Made by a program: the position numbers and the translations under genes | The notes under the pieces: generated by a model | Database searches by the model: none | What the model was told of the DNA's origin: nothing | What the model saw: the letters and a program-made list of their open reading frames with translations, nothing else | Shown here: in pieces, positions 1 to 21,900 of the stretch | Numbering within the stretch: position 1 is the stretch's first letter | How the letters are laid out: each line of letters opens with the position of its first letter | Assembly: GCA_050613775.1 (NCBI GenBank) | Contig: JBODTK010000157.1 | Coordinates: 248,001 to 312,000, forward strand | DNA length: 64,000 bases | Direction of reading: 5' to 3' | Origin: Neocallimastix sp. 'constans' | Taxonomy: Eukaryota

Positions 1-163
1 ATATTATTATTATTATTAATTATTATTATTATTATTACTATTATTATTATTATTATTAATTATTATTATTATTATTACTATTATTATTATTATTATTAAT
101 TATTATTATTATTATTTTATTGTTACTAATATTAATATTTTTATAAATATAATTATTCTAATA

Positions 164-385
164 GTTTATGGACTGTAACATGCTTCCAGGAGTTACGACC
201 CTCTCTAATAAAATATAAGAATCTTAAAAAAAAATAAAAATAATAAAATAAAATAAGAATAAAAAAAAATAAAGCAATAATTTTATTAATTAAATGATTA
301 TCTTAAAAAAAATATTAAATATATATTTAAAATTAACAATGTATATTGTGATTAATTAATACTATTCATATCTTATTATATAAAA

Positions 386-424
<39 letters not shown>

Positions 425-512
425 TACAAAGATAATTACGTATATATGCAAAAATAAATATTTTTAAATTTAATGTATATTTGGTATACTTAATGATTAT
501 GTTCATAATGAT

Positions 513-553
<41 letters not shown>

Positions 554-2040
554 TTATATTCCTTTTTTCATAAAGGTAGTAAAAAAGTAATAATAATATA
601 TCTAAACTATAATAATTTTAATAATAAAATAAACTATTAAGAATATACATATACGTATTTTCAAAGTTCTATACTTTTCCAAAAATAACAAAACTCATTT
701 TCATAATCTAATCCTATTATTTAAAATAAAATATTTACTAGATAATATTAACGATTTCAATTCTATTTTTAAAAATATTTATAATATCAAATCATATAAT
801 ATAAATAAAAATCTATATTAAAATTACTGTATTATTAAAATTTTAAATAAATATTCTTATTCTTATGTATTATTGAATTATTTACATAATTATTTGTATT
901 GTTAACAAAATAGGTTTTATAAATTAATTTTCATATATTAATGTTATTATTATTATTACTATTATTATTATTATTAATATTATTATTATTATTATTATAG
1001 TTATTATTATTATTATTATTATAGTTATTTATTTATTTATATATTTATTTTTTTATTAGCTAATTAATATTATATAAATTTATATTTTAATAAGTTGAAT
1101 ATACTGATATCAAATATAATTCAATGAAATTAATTCTTGGATTAACGATACTAATACAAATGATATTAATAATTCTTTGGGAATCATAATATATTATAGA
1201 CATATGAAATGTATTCGAAGATCGAATCCAACATATATACATATTATTATTATAATTATTATTATTACTATTATTACTATTATTACTATTATTATTATAC
1301 TTTCAGCATCATTTTACATAAATGCTGATGCAAATTATAATGATTTAGATAATTATAATAAATATTTATTTTTCATGAAACATGATATAAATTTTTGTTC
1401 AACGAATGAATTTCTATGTGGAAATTATATAAAAAATAATTCAAATAAATTTTATAGAATTTTTAAATATTCCTAATAACTTAATAGAAAAAGGAATTAA
1501 ACAAAGTAATAGTGCAGACAGTTTCATTGAAACAGGGAGTTTATATTCAATAAGTAAAAAGAAAATTTCACAATCTAATAATCAAATGTGTTATTAGTAA
1601 TAAGGATAAATATAAGACCTCAAATGACACTAAGGCAAAAAGAATTAAAATTAATAAATTTAATACCACAAATAAATTATTGAGAAATTATAGTAATATC
1701 TCTAATTACATTGATAATTCATTTAATAATGTATCAAATAATAATTGTTAATTCAAAATTAAGTATAGGTAGTATAAGAAATAATTCAAGTATAATAATT
1801 TATAATAGAGAGAGCGAAGAAAAAAATTACCAAAAATATAATATAAGAAAAATATATTATCCATTATTAAATTAAATCAAATACCTAATAATGATACTAA
1901 AAAAAATATAGTATATTTGTAATAACAATAATATTAATGATTATGACAAAATATAAGTTATCAAAGAAAATTATAATATCAAAATTATTATCAAATGATA
2001 AATATTTTTATTAATTCATAAAATATTAGTTCTTCCTATA
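164..2040 (+). pseudogene. Degraded paralog of the downstream sugar-binding-protein/class C-like GPCR (3' part only in window)
   Basis: After AG at 1093-1094, a phase-1 exon reads VEYTDIKYNSMKLILGLTILIQMILIIL, shifts frame near 1177-1180 and continues GIIIYYRHMKCIRRSNPT. This aligns with VSYIKYSNPITILVIGCTIICQLILILVAYLIFKFRKLKFIEKSNTQ of the intact gene, which has the same intron phase. A TM3-like KFYRIFK precedes a stop at 1474-1476, followed by a broken low-complexity tail. The exon-like piece at 164-217 (FMDCNMLPGVTTLS) resembles IKCDIYKGVQGVS of the intact gene. Boundaries are approximate. Confidence 0.6.
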
Positions 2041-2258
2041 TTATAATAGTAATATAAATATACAAACATTATTGTTTATAAAAATAAATAAATAATAAAT
2101 ATACATAAAATAAAATTATAAAAAAAAGTTTTTTTAAAAACTAATAAACAATTATGCAGTTATTTGTTCAAATATTATATACAAATAATAAATATTATTC
2201 ATTATTTTAATTAATATTATAGTTATTATTTATTTATTTATTTATTTATTATTTATTT

Positions 2259-2318
<60 letters not shown>

Positions 2319-2645
2319 TTTGTTAAAACAAGCATAAAATATTTTATATTTACAATAAAATTTTAATTATATTTTTATCAACAATATTTTCATAAAATTT
2401 TTGGTATACTTCTGTTTATATAATCCATATTTTATATTAAATTATAATTTATTTTAAAAATTTTTTAAATGTAAGGATAAATAAAATTTTCGACTTTTAC
2501 CTATAAAGTTATTAAAGTATAATAATAATTAAATATGCTTCAAAAGATATTAAAAAATTTTAACTCTTATTTTATCTGTCAATTTAATATATGGTAATAT
2601 TTTAATTCTAGTGAATTAAATAAAAATATTTCTGGTCATAAAACA

Positions 2646-2695
<50 letters not shown>

Positions 2696-3013
2696 GAAAT
2701 TATCCTAGATAGAAATATATTTGAATAAAGGAATATATCATTTGAGTTATCCAATTAATCTAACTTTTTATTTTATTTATAAAAAAATAATAATAATAAA
2801 TAAACATATCTATATAAATATATATGGAATAATTAATAATTAATAATTATTAAATAATTATTATAATTATATCATTATAGTATAGTTTTTTTTTTTTTTT
2901 TTTTTTAATTATTTATTTCATATGTAAAATATGTAAATATATATTTGTAATAGTAATCCAAAACTATTATCATAAGACTGAAAAAATAAATATATTATTT
3001 AAAATTTTTAAAG

Positions 3014-3051
<38 letters not shown>

Positions 3052-3439
3052 TATTATTTTTTTAAATACTAAATATTTAAAAAATACTGTAATATTCATA
3101 TTTCAGTAAAAACTTCATCTCTATAATAATCAATTATCATTATTATTATATATCATCATTATTATTATTATAATTATTATAATTATTATTATTTATTATT
3201 ATTATTACTATTATTATTAATAGTCCTAATTATAATTTACATTTATTAATATTTTATTATAAATAAAGTTTATATGATTATTTATTTTTATTAAAATTTT
3301 TATTTTTATTTAAAATTTTTTTTTTTAAATTAATTTTATATAAATTGGAATTAATAATTATAATAAAATAAATTATAAAATACAATATGATTTTTAATAT
3401 TTATTAAATAAGTAGAATTTTATAAATATTTTATATATA

Positions 3440-9317
<5,878 letters not shown>

Positions 9318-9339
9318 AAATATTTACGCTATTAAGTAA

Positions 9340-9378
<39 letters not shown>

Positions 9379-9546
9379 AAATAAAAATAAAAATAAAAAT
9401 AAAAATAAATATTTAATAGTATTATAATATAACAATACATATACATCAATCTATTCATGTATTATATTTTATATTTATCATATATTATAATAAATAAATT
9501 ATAAAACTAATAAATATTTGAAGATATCAATTATATAAAAATCATT

Positions 9547-9649
<103 letters not shown>

Positions 9650-9759
9650 TTATTTTCTATTTTTTATTTTTTTATAAAAAACAAAATAAATAAATAAAAC
9701 TTAGTATGGAAATAAGTATAATTATAATAATAATTATATTTAATTTATATATCTTTTTT

Positions 9760-9802
<43 letters not shown>

Positions 9803-9823
9803 ATATTTCTAAATTAATCTAGA

Positions 9824-13303
<3,480 letters not shown>

Positions 13304-14659
13304 TTTTAAATTTTTCTATTTTAATTATTATTACTATATATTATATATTATTATTGTTATCTCTTAATTATAATTAGTATTATTATTATTATTATTTTTA
13401 TTATTATTACTATAATAAATATATAATTTAATAAAAAAAAAAAATTAATAAATCATTTTATCAAAAATGTTCTTAAAATTTAAAACGATAATATAAAAAA
13501 TCTTAAATTATGAATGATGGTATTAAATATTATATATAATCTAATTATATATATATTATTTAATAAATTATTTTATTGGTCAATAATTTAATTATGAAAA
13601 ATATAATATTATATTTATCAAACTAAATGGAATAAATATATAATTAATAATAATAATAATAATAAAATAAAAGCTAAATTAAATAAAAACCAACGTAGTT
13701 AAAAGTATAATGAATATTTATTATATATATATATATATATATATAAAATATTATTTATTCATAATTTATTAAAAATATTATAAATATTTTATTATTATAA
13801 TTTGTATTATATATATATTTTTTATTTATTGAAATAGATGAAAAAAAGGAAAATTTCAGATTAATTACTTTACATAGTAAGAAGAATAAAAGGGAAAAGA
13901 ATAATAAAAAAGCCAATGATAGAAATACTGATAAAATTATTAATAAAGATAATAATAAAGAAATATTATAAAAATGTAATTAATAATAACCTTATAAATA
14001 ATGAACGATGAAATAATAATAATAATTAAGAAAATAATATAATTGAAAATTAAGTATCACAAAAAGAAGATAATATCTTTGAATCTAATATATTGAAAAT
14101 CATTATTTAATGAATTGAATGACACTTGTCCAAAGTCTTTATGCTTTAAGGAAAAAAAAAATTACTAGTTTTAATAATAAAAATGCTTCAAACTCTCTAT
14201 GGATTAAAAATGCCGCTCAAATTTACATAAATATAAAAAAAAAAAATATCAAATCTTCTTCATTATCTTTAATTATTTCAACGTTGAGCTATTCACCACA
14301 TTATTAGTAACGATACTATTATTTTCACTATCACTAAAATTAATATTCCTATCTTCACTTTCAACGCTTTTATTATTTTCACTATCAATGCTATTACTAT
14401 TATTAACAACATTATTCTTATTGTTATTATTAAAGTCATACACTTCGTTACTACTATATAATCTGTACTTGATTCTACATTATTCACATTACTATTTGAT
14501 ATTTGACAATATTTTTAAATTTTAAATAATTTTTCATAAAGAATTATTTATAATTTCAATATCCTTAAAATATTTCATTTGAAATTCACGGAAAAGATTG
14601 CAATTAAAATACCAATGTTCCAATCAAGGTTTATTATTTTTTTTTTTTTATAGTAATAG

Positions 14660-14857
14660 GGACACGGTTCTGGACAGTCGTCTTCAATGGCATTGGTGGC
14701 CTTGGCAACACGAGCATAGAATATTTATCCACACTTGGCACGAAATATATCCATCGGAAACAAATACTATATTCTGAATTATTATAATTGATTTTAAGGT
14801 AGTCCCTTAGTTTTTACAAATTCACTTTACTTATAAGCCTTAGCCTCGATTGATTTT

Positions 14858-14861
<4 letters not shown>
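14660..14861 (+). mobile_element. Fragment of a dispersed repeat family (probable transposon/LTR relic)
   Basis: GC-richer island. Shares CTCGATTGATTTTCCTT (14845-14861) with 15592-15608, CTTCA..GGCATTGG with the reverse complement of ~34845-34861, and TAGTTTT(T)ACAAATTC with 19266-19280. Confidence 0.5.
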
Positions 14862-14895
<34 letters not shown>

Positions 14896-14974
14896 CTTCA
14901 ATTATTGCGAACTTTAATTTTTATTTATCAATTCATTTATTAATTACATGAATATTTTTAATTTTAATAAAAAA

Positions 14975-15005
<31 letters not shown>

Positions 15006-15234
15006 ATATATTATTTGTCCAATTAAAACATGATAATATTCAAAATAGTAACGTGAAATAAAAAAGTATTATTCAAAAAACTAGGTGCATAAATTTTTTT
15101 TTTTTTTATACTTAGAAAAAGATTTAATTTATAATAATAATAAAATTACATGATTATAATGTAAAAAAAAAAAAAAAAAAAAAAATAAAATATATGAAAT
15201 GAAATGAAATATTATATATTATATAACTTTTTTT

Positions 15235-15642
15235 CCCCATTCATCGATGATAGCACCACATCTATTATTGCGAGTAATAAATTCAGTATTAATGTTATCA
15301 AACGAATCTGTATCAGATCTTTCACCGGGAGGTGAAAATCCATGCCTTATCTTTTCGACGTCGACGCTCTTAGCAACGGTAGATTCAATAGCATTTCATT
15401 ATCAATCTAAAAGATCGACAAATTAATGGTATTACGTTTGTTAGAAACTCTGCAATCCCCCCAAAATACGGAATAGTCGACGAAGTTGAAAAAGTGTATA
15501 AATAAATTCAGAAAATAGTTCCCTATACAACGAACCTCACTTCCTTAAGGATTAGAATTTGAATTGACTATCTGAAAGAAATTACGGTCTTCTCGATTGA
15601 TTTTCCTTCTCATATCTCTATCCCAGTAAAAGTTTACAATTG

Positions 15643-15674
<32 letters not shown>

Positions 15675-15740
15675 ATTGAAATTTATCTAATTTGTCTGGT
15701 AAATTATACTTTCTTTACTCCATGTATGACATCTACAACA
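15235..15740 (+). mobile_element. Dispersed repeat copy, LTR/MITE-like relic with a TATA-like core
   Basis: 15491-15592 (AAAGTGTATAAATAAATTCAGAAAATAGTTCCCTATACAACGAACCTC...GAATTGACTATCTGAAAGAAATTA) matches the reverse complement of 34863-34973 with few mismatches. No intact ORF. Confidence 0.65.
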
Positions 15741-16669
15741 CAAAAGAAAATTTTGATTTTTATATTTTATATTAAACCAATAAACTATCCAAATAATATA
15801 AAAAAAAAAAAAAAAAATATTTCAAATTTAATTATATAAAATTTTAAAATAACTATGAGAATTATTTGCAATAATTAAATATTAATTTTCAACAATAGTT
15901 ATTTAAATGTATAATAAATCAATATTAACATTTTACGCAATATATAATTAAATATTAAATTCAAAAAATATTTTAAAATAAAAAAATTTAACATAAATAT
16001 TTATAATAAATCTTATATTTTTAAATTTAAAATTTAGAATTTATTATACGTATAATTTTCAATACTTCAATATTTTTTTTACAACTAGTAATAAAATTAA
16101 AACTCCATTAACTTACAATTCATTTTTTAACATAAACTTTTTATAAATTTATCTTTATATTAAAAAAATGACCCATGTAGTATTTGTATATACCAAAAAC
16201 TTTAACATTCATACAACATTATCATTTTGCTCTTTTCTTTTTATACTTAAAAAGTTAACATTTATTTATTACTAATTTTTATCACAAACTTTATAAATTT
16301 ATATATTATATATATTATTTTTTTTTTTAAAATATTATTTTCATTTAATACTCTTTCATATAAATTTACCCTAGTTTATATTTTAATTGTTATTTGTTTC
16401 TTTTAAAATATTCCTATTTGATTTTCCTTTATTTTTTGATGATTAAAATTATTTAAACCTTTACTATTTTCCATTTTAATATTTAATGTTTCCTTTTACA
16501 CATGAACTATATATTTTAACACAAAATTTTCGAAATTAAACAGCTGTTACAATATATTTGTTTAAGATCTTCCCTTTTTAATTTCAATTTAAAAAGAAAA
16601 CAAAATATAATGTTATTTTAATGTTTTAAATTTTATTTCTGCTTAACAAAAATATTTTTGCATTTAAAT

Positions 16670-17291
16670 TTATTCTTCACGAACAATTTGGGAAGCAATC
16701 AAGTCTAAGCTCTTGCGACCGTTTTGAGTAATACGACGACCACTATTATTTTTTTTGTTTAATTTATGTTATAAAAAACAGTATAATACTTAATATATAT
16801 TATATTATTTAATTAATATCGAATATAAATTTTATAAACATACCCGTTGACATCCTTTTCAAGAATATCCATCTTTTCTAAACCTTGGACGATTTTTCTT
16901 AAGATGTTACCACTGGCATCACAGTGGTGAGATGGACGAGTACCACGGTTGCAAGTACTACCATGCTTCTTACGAAGAGCACCAATACCAACACCTTGAC
17001 GAAGGTAGATATGGCGAGCAATGGAGGCTATTATTTATATTTATAAAAAATTAAAAAATTGGTAACTTGTTATTTTAATATATTTTAAATAAAATTAATA
17101 TCTTTAAAAAAAAACTTACCGGCACGAATGTAGTACCAGTCTTGGTCATATGGAGCAAGTTCCTTGAAAGTGGCGGTTTTAACAAGATCAACCCATTTTG
17201 GGACTTCTAATTTACCAGTCTTTTTGAGGTAGGCAGCGTAAGCCTTAACAAAAACATGTGGGTTTACGTCTTTAACAGTTGTTCCAGCCAT
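16670..17291 (-). CDS. RPS19: 40S ribosomal protein S19 (eS19), 3 coding exons
   Basis: [57 protein letters not shown] / [23 protein letters not shown]...[32 protein letters not shown] / [23 protein letters not shown]. Exons ~17291-17120, ~17027-16844, ~16743-16670. Confidence 0.98.
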
Positions 17292-17293
17292 AT

Positions 17294-17583
17294 CTTAATA
17301 ATTAATTATTAATAAATAACATATTAATCATATGAAACATTCATTTATAGAAACTTTTACATATTTAGGAAAAACAACATGTGAAATAATTTGTTCATTT
17401 AAAAGTCAAATATAAGTAAATAAATATATTATATATTTTAACCATGGATGGATTAATTTAAAAAATAAACATCGGACAAAAATAAATTTAAATAAAAAAC
17501 AAATTCCGGATAAATAAAATGAATCAACCATAACTCAACACATCCATCACATAAAATTAATTCATTCATCATTCATTTATTAC
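17294..17583 (-). other. Probable 5'-UTR intron of RPS19
   Basis: Minus-strand AAG|GTAATA donor at 17583 and TAAG|AT-ATG acceptor at 17294, 2 nt before the start codon. Confidence 0.6.
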
Positions 17584-18520
17584 CTTAAAATATTTTATGT
17601 TTGCAAAAGAAAAGAGTGTTAAAAAAAATTGACATATTGGTCGAGTTAGTCATTTAAAGTTTGTGTGGCTTAGAATAATATTATTGGAAATTAAATTATT
17701 ATCCAATCATATTGGAATATTTAATGTATATATTAATTTGATTTTAATATATTTTGATAATTTAAAATTTTTCTTATTCTTTAAGTTGATAGTAATTAAT
17801 GTATATACAAACTATTTATAAGTATTATGATAGTTAATATATTATAAATTATAAGTTTATATTGTTTTTGATAGAGTTTTTATATTTTTATTTCAATAAT
17901 AAATGTTGGTTGAAGTGGAAGGATATTAATATTTGGACTTATATTTATTATTAATATAGTTATAATAACAATAAAAATATAAATGAAATGAATAAATTTT
18001 TTTGAATTGTTAGGACGTTAATTTTTAATATATTTTTTATAAATATATTTGTAATTGAATAACAATAAAAATAAAAATAAAATGATATACTGTATCCTTA
18101 ATATTATTTATCCAATATTTATATTTAAAAAGTAAAACAAAGGAAAAAAATAAATTATTGATATAATTTACTTTTTTTTTATTTTATCCAGAAATTTCAT
18201 TTGTAATTCATATATATAAAATTACAATTTATTATAAAAATTTTGAAAATTATGGGAGAAAATCATAATAAATAACCATAATAAAATTGCTAATATTAAC
18301 AAATATGGATTTATAATTATATATTTAACAATTCTACAGATTACAAACATTTAGTTGATAATAATATTGATAATTATAATGATAATAGAATTAATAAACT
18401 GATTTAAATAAGTTTAATATCTTAAATAAATTAAAAATATAAATAATAATATAAATTAATATATTAATAAGTATATACATTTGAATATGATTAAAATTTT
18501 TTTTTTGGTTTTTTGAATAA

Positions 18521-19171
18521 GTTTGTATTTATGGAGCAAGTTTTGACATATACAATGTTGAATCAGAAGATATTCCCGAAAAACTTATCTATCATTATAA
18601 TACATTAAAAACCTTTGAAAAAACGGATAATAGAAAAGGAATATGTAAATATGATGTATGCTTTAATTTAATGTTAAAAAAACCCTTTATTGAATTGCCT
18701 GACACAAATGGAACTCTTCATATTTACATTGTAGAACCTTATCAAGCACATTATAATGTAAATAAAGAAATGCTGCCTTTTTCTACCAAATGTAAAAGCA
18801 ATGAACAATGTTTTTCTGACAAATGTGTCAATAATACTTGTATACGTAATTTACAAGCTAACATTTTACGTTGTGATACTCTGTATACTCATCCTCATTT
18901 ATTTATTTCTCAAAAGAGTTTTATACATTGTGGTCGAATGTTAGGAGATTCATGTGATAAAAATGATGAATGTTCATCCAATTATTGTGAGGAACCTTAT
19001 TGTTATGAAAATCCATATCAACCATCTGATACTGATACAATGAATCTAAATATGGAATATTTAGGGCTTATAGGAGGAATAGTAATTTTTGCTTTAATTA
19101 CGGCTTGCTTTTGTTGCATCAAACAAGGATATACATCATTAAAGAACCAAACCAATAAGTCCAAGAAGTAA
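18521..19171 (+). CDS. Cysteine-rich single-pass membrane protein; 5' end unresolved
   Basis: Frame is open from 18521 (VCIYGASFDIY...). Two related Cys modules (CKSNEQCFSDKCVNNTC; CDKNDECSSNYCEEPYC), then a TM segment (LGLIGGIVIFALITACFCC) and a short basic tail. An upstream ATG at 18487 (MIKIFFLVF) is out of frame and stops. Confidence 0.7.
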   Translation, partial: VCIYGASFDIYNVESEDIPEKLIYHYNTLKTFEKTDNRKGICKYDVCFNLMLKKPFIELPDTNGTLHIYIVEPYQAHYNVNKEMLPFSTKCKSNEQCFSDKCVNNTCIRNLQANILRCDTLYTHPHLFISQKSFIHCGRMLGDSCDKNDECSSNYCEEPYCYENPYQPSDTDTMNLNMEYLGLIGGIVIFALITACFCCIKQGYTSLKNQTNKSKK

Positions 19172-20114
19172 TTCTGATACGATTCAAGTGATAGTACTAT
19201 TCTATCACAAAGTTCGGTTATCAAACATTACCAAAAAGATTAATATTCTTATTCTCTTAAGATCCTAGTTTTACAAATTCTATGACATCTACTTATATCT
19301 ATACATAGTATCACCAATATAGATTGCAAAGGATACTCCTTTGAATTCTAAAATAACAACAATAATAACAATTTAATTATGTTATTTAATTTTAACATTT
19401 AATATGTATACTATTATTAACATTAAATATATGTATAATTTATGCTATTTAGTGTTTATTGCAATGTTAATTATTCACATGTGAATGTATAATCTCAATA
19501 CATACGTTAATTTATATATCTGTAATTAAATACATAAGTAAGTTTCGATATTACAATGAGTGTCGATGATGCTTATGATTTTGTAATAATAAATTCATCA
19601 AAATTAAAGAAATAATCATTAATTTCTTTCTCTTTTTTTTTTTTTTTTTTTTTTATTATATTATATTTAATTAATTTGTAATTTAACAATTTTTTTTATA
19701 AAGTGTATTTATGATTAAGTACAATATTAATAAATTCAAAGAATAATTATAAAAAAAAATAATAGTTTTTATTGAATTATCATTTAAGCTAATTTAAATA
19801 ATACAAATTATTAATTTTGTATTTCTTTTTATATTTTCATTTTATATTAATTATATAAAGATTTAATATGTCACAAGGTGAATAGTATTGTTAATATTTT
19901 TTTTTTTTTTTATATCTTTGCATATATTATTTTTTATTGACTTTAATATAAAATAATAAAGAGGGTTTTGAAAGAATAATAGAAATTATTAAATTAAAAT
20001 TTTCATTTATAATTTTTTTTTTTTTTATTTATTTTTCACAGAATATAAAAATTAGTAAAAGTAATTTGTATTTTAAATTAAATTATTATTAATATTATTA
20101 CTATTATTAAGAGT

Positions 20115-21655
20115 ATGAAAATTAGTTATCATGCAATTGTAGAAAATAATAAAAAGCGGACGGTTCTATCGCATCCTGTTTGCGAAAATGCAGAAGAACT
20201 TCAAAGAAAAAATTACAGCTTATGCCATACGCTATATTTCAGTGTCTCCATTAGAAAAAAGAGATGTAGCGGAAAAACTTGTACCTGAGTATGAAAGCAT
20301 ATTTTGTACAAATGAATATAGCTTGTCTATTTTAAGAGAACTTGAAAATGATGTTGATCAACAACCTAAGGATGAATTGTCTAATGAGTTTTTAACCGAA
20401 ACAACAGATGGCGTTGCTTATTCGTGTGATGGATTGCCGAGTGCTGCAGTAGATATACAAAACATGTACGAAGTTAGTGGGAAATACAGGCTTTCTCTTC
20501 TTTGGGCAATAGTAGCGTACAGGTTTAGACTTTTAAGAGCAGAAGACGCAATTGGAAGATCAATAATTGCAATGAAGCATTAAAGAGTTGTAAGGAATGT
20601 TGATTAGATGGGTGCTTTCGCTTTTAGCTGCGATTTTTATTTTCTGTGATTGTTATTGTGCAAACTTTTTTGGAAAGAACTGTCCTGAGCGAAAGTATAG
20701 AGTATTGTAAGAAAGTTGAACGTGTTTTTGCTTTATCTTTTCTTCAGTCTATAATAAATGAAAAGGTTTTTTTTTTTTTTTTTTAGATTATATTGAAAAA
20801 ATTAAAAGTAAGCTTGTAGGAGAGCAATTTCTGAATAGGTTGGATACATTATTTCAAGTCTATAGCAAGCTCAAAGGTCTGGATTTGCGGTTGCTTATCA
20901 CATTTTCTTTGGATAATTCTTGTTTTCTGGCAAATTTTTATCAGCCACAGGTAATAATACAATCTTTCTGTCTCCTCGTTTTAATTTTGCGAGAAAAAAA
21001 TAGAAGAAGACATATCAGATTGCTTGTTTGTACCTATTAACTTAAATCTCATTAGTAATACCTTGTATCATAAAGAACTGTGATTGTATACAGTGATACA
21101 AGGCATTTCTGAGGTAATTAAATATAATGATAAATTGATATATTCATTAATAGATTGTGCAGATCCTTATTGAATGTTAATTGCACATGAAATGATACAT
21201 TTAGAGCTTTTTTTCCTTCAGGAACATGTAAAACTTTGTTCAGAACGAATTATTTCTTCAAAACCATCTAAATTAGATGAATCTTTTTGTGACAACTTCT
21301 CCGAAAGAAATTACTCAAAAATTAAATGACTTGTTTGCGAAATAGTTAAACAAAAAAGGTTACCTTTCAATTGAATCAATTAAGACTATATACTATTGTG
21401 TGAATGATTATCAGCTCAAAAATGCTCTGGATTTTTTTTTTTTTTTTTTTTTTTTTTTGTAAAACAAATACCTTACCTGATCCTCTACGTATCCTGCCAG
21501 AGCTAAAGAGTAGGAAAATATATATATCATTGTGTAATAATTTGGAAGAAAGAGGAACGGAACAGTTGTTGGTGCAAGTATGTTGGAACTGATCTTGTAT
21601 TCGAACACCAGCTTACCGATTAGATATATTTATCAAGTTTATCAAGTGAGAAGAA

Positions 21656-21686
<31 letters not shown>

Positions 21687-21731
21687 GAAGATTTTGATAC
21701 TTTATTGCAGATTATACAAAATACTAATAGC

Positions 21732-21767
<36 letters not shown>

Positions 21768-21900
21768 ACATTGATCGCTTTTATTAATAGTGATAAGCAT
21801 TGTTTCATATTTTGATACTAGGGAGGTTAAATATCCTATTGATGAGGATTATGATTATTCAATTTACAATAAAAGAAATTTATAAAGAAATTATTTAAAT
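20115..21900 (+). pseudogene. Decayed GC-richer gene(s) with a zincin-type HExxH motif
   Basis: Collinear broken reading frames from MKISYHAIVENNKKRTVLSHPVC through ORFs 20188, 20840, 21404 and 21580. Contains LIAHEMIHLE (HEMIH at 21186-21200) followed in frame by DESFCDNFS. Interrupted by stops, frameshifts and poly-T/poly-A runs. Confidence 0.6.

Noticed and set aside
15160..15638. Complete solo LTR bounded by TGTAA...TTACA
   Set aside because: Flanks (TATAA vs ATTGC) give no target-site duplication, and family similarity continues beyond 15638.
18487..18620. Several in-frame TGA/TAA codons after ATG 18487, suggesting recoding or RIP-like mutation
   Set aside because: An adjacent frame is fully open from 18521, so these stops are simply off-frame; other genes here use TGG for Trp.
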